64,000 nucleotides of DNA, taken from contig MNCI01000593.1 in NCBI GenBank assembly GCA_015680685.1, positions 92,570 through 156,569 of the forward strand, read 5' to 3'. A program made the position numbers and the translations under genes. This DNA comes from Gnetum montanum. Its lineage: Eukaryota; Plantae; Gnetophyta. Under the pieces are notes generated by a model that was given only the letters and a program-made list of their open reading frames with translations, was not told where the DNA came from and did not search any database. The stretch's first letter is position 1; each line of letters opens with the position of its first letter. Shown in pieces: positions 62,303 through 64,000 of the stretch.

Positions 62303-64000
62303 TGATAATAGTTTTGACATAGAAACTTAGATCACAAGTTCAATTTCAATAGAAAATGCTAAGTTATGAACAAATTGTATAAAAATTTTGAACATGTGAT
62401 TTGGATTTTTTGTTATGGTGTTATCCTTGAGAGCATTACATAGCACTATCCTTGAGTCCTAAAAAAACTAATCAATAGAGGGTAGATTCAAGATGGACTA
62501 TGTCTCTGATGGGGACATCAACTCACCTCTCTAATGTCTTCTATATCTTTAGTATCCTTAAGAGTCATAGAAGTCGAATATTGTGTTTAGTTTTTAGTTT
62601 GGAGTCATCTGTAAGATTGCTCTAGATCAGGCAGGCTACTGTAAGGTCATTGTGAGTAGCAATGAGGTTCGAGTTTGGGAAGTGCAAGTAATCGAGAGTC
62701 GTAGTTAACAATCTAAGTTTAAATCCTTCATATTATCAATGAATAGTAGGGAATCTATGAACATAAGAGGTTGCAATTTGAGAATGTAAGCTGTAGTTTG
62801 GTCAGAGGTAGCCAATTACGAGATAATGAACATTGTAGTCCTTCCACACTTTAAAGAAAATAGTGACTAGAAATCAGGAGAGTTTACTAGTATAATTGAT
62901 TGCAAGCCATAGTCCATCGTAGTTTGGGAGTTACAATTTGTTGCAACCTGCAGATACTCATAGTCTCTAAAAATAGAAGTTTGGTGTACTTTACTATTAT
63001 GAAAGGTTACACACTATAGTCCATGAGATGTGAGCTACCATGAACCATACACATTTGCAGTCTTATTAAAAATTGAGATTTTGAAAGCCACGAATTTTTA
63101 GGGGTAGACAAACAATCACTTAAGTCAGGTCTTACCTTGCACAACATTAGAAGCTTTACTGTAGAGTAGAGTGTCTCAATTGGGGTCCCTTGGTGGTTGC
63201 TCACATTGAGCATTGATCTTGAGGATTGTGTTAATGAGAGAGGATTTTCTTGGTTCTTGTTCCAAGTGCTATTTGAGTTGTGCTTCCAATCCTTATTGAT
63301 GAATTGTGATTCAGTAGGCTTCGATATCGGACCCACGATATCAGGTATGCGATATTGCGACCTAAGAAGCGATATCAGATACATGATATTGTGACTCCTG
63401 TACGAGCCTATAAATACACATGTAGGCACAAGGAGTTAGAAAGTTAGTTTTCAATTAGTAGATAAAAGTTAGTTCATTTTTAGTTCTTCTCAACCCTTTC
63501 CCCCAGTGCATGCTTGTAGTGTGATGATTGTAATTGTACGACATCTTTATTTGAGTGTGACATACTTGGACATGCACATGACCAAAAATAAAGATCGAGA
63601 TTACTTCATTATTACAGAATTCACTTAGTTTAATTATTTAATTATTATTGTTATTTATTGCTTTCGTAGTTAATATCTCTTCACCCTAAACTCCTTAAAT
63701 GTGGAATGAGTACGACTTAATCATGAGCATTCAAGTGTGACTACTTGGTATCCCAGTAGCGTACCTACGCCATGCACTTGGTAATCCTAGTGGTAGTCAT
63801 GCATGAGGTCCAAGATGTGTATGGATGATTAAGGGATAGATGCTCATCGCACTTAGGCTAGCTTAGACTCTCTTCACCCTTTCCATCCTAGCTTAATTAA
63901 AATTATTTTCCATTGCCTCTAGGAGTAGCACTAGGTTAGAAACCACATCATACACCTCACTCTAGACTAAACCATACGTGATAAAGCATATACTAGTCCA
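62303..64000 (+). mobile_element. LTR of a related Athila-like family, running off the window
   Basis: 63560-64000 is a diverged homolog of 34580-35040 (AATAAAGATCGAG, TTAGGCTAGC, CTAAACCATAC); TATA CCTATAAATA at ~63407. The start at TGATA 62303 is uncertain. Confidence 0.65.

Overview
Land-plant nuclear DNA from a large, TE-rich genome; the Tat-type protease wording looks gymnosperm-like, but the species cannot be assigned from sequence alone. One intact host gene is present: the plastid NhaD-type Na+/H+ antiporter NHD1 (+ strand, 9 exons visible from 3977 to 27248; the 5' exon(s) lie upstream of the window). Its introns hold nested retroelements: a CRM-like Ty3/gypsy upstream, and an 18-kb intron containing a gag-protease-only LTR element > L1 > solo LTR nest plus an RTE LINE > young L1 nest. 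Downstream is an LTR-retrotransposon cluster: a Tat-derived element whose 3' LTR carries gene fragments, and an Athila-like element interrupted by a 14.7-kb Tat/Ogre-like non-autonomous element. The most unusual signals are accessory modules inside the TEs. (1) An L1 whose ORF2 continues through an extra Transposase_32/PMD-like domain and a coiled coil into a DnaJ J-domain with an HPD motif. (2) The same extra domain in a second, divergent L1. (3) A spliced, ~8-exon antisense gene in the Tat-like element joining an FCP1/NIF-like HAD (pseudo)phosphatase to a PMD/Transposase_32-like domain. All domain names come from motif recognition by eye and need HMM or structure confirmation.
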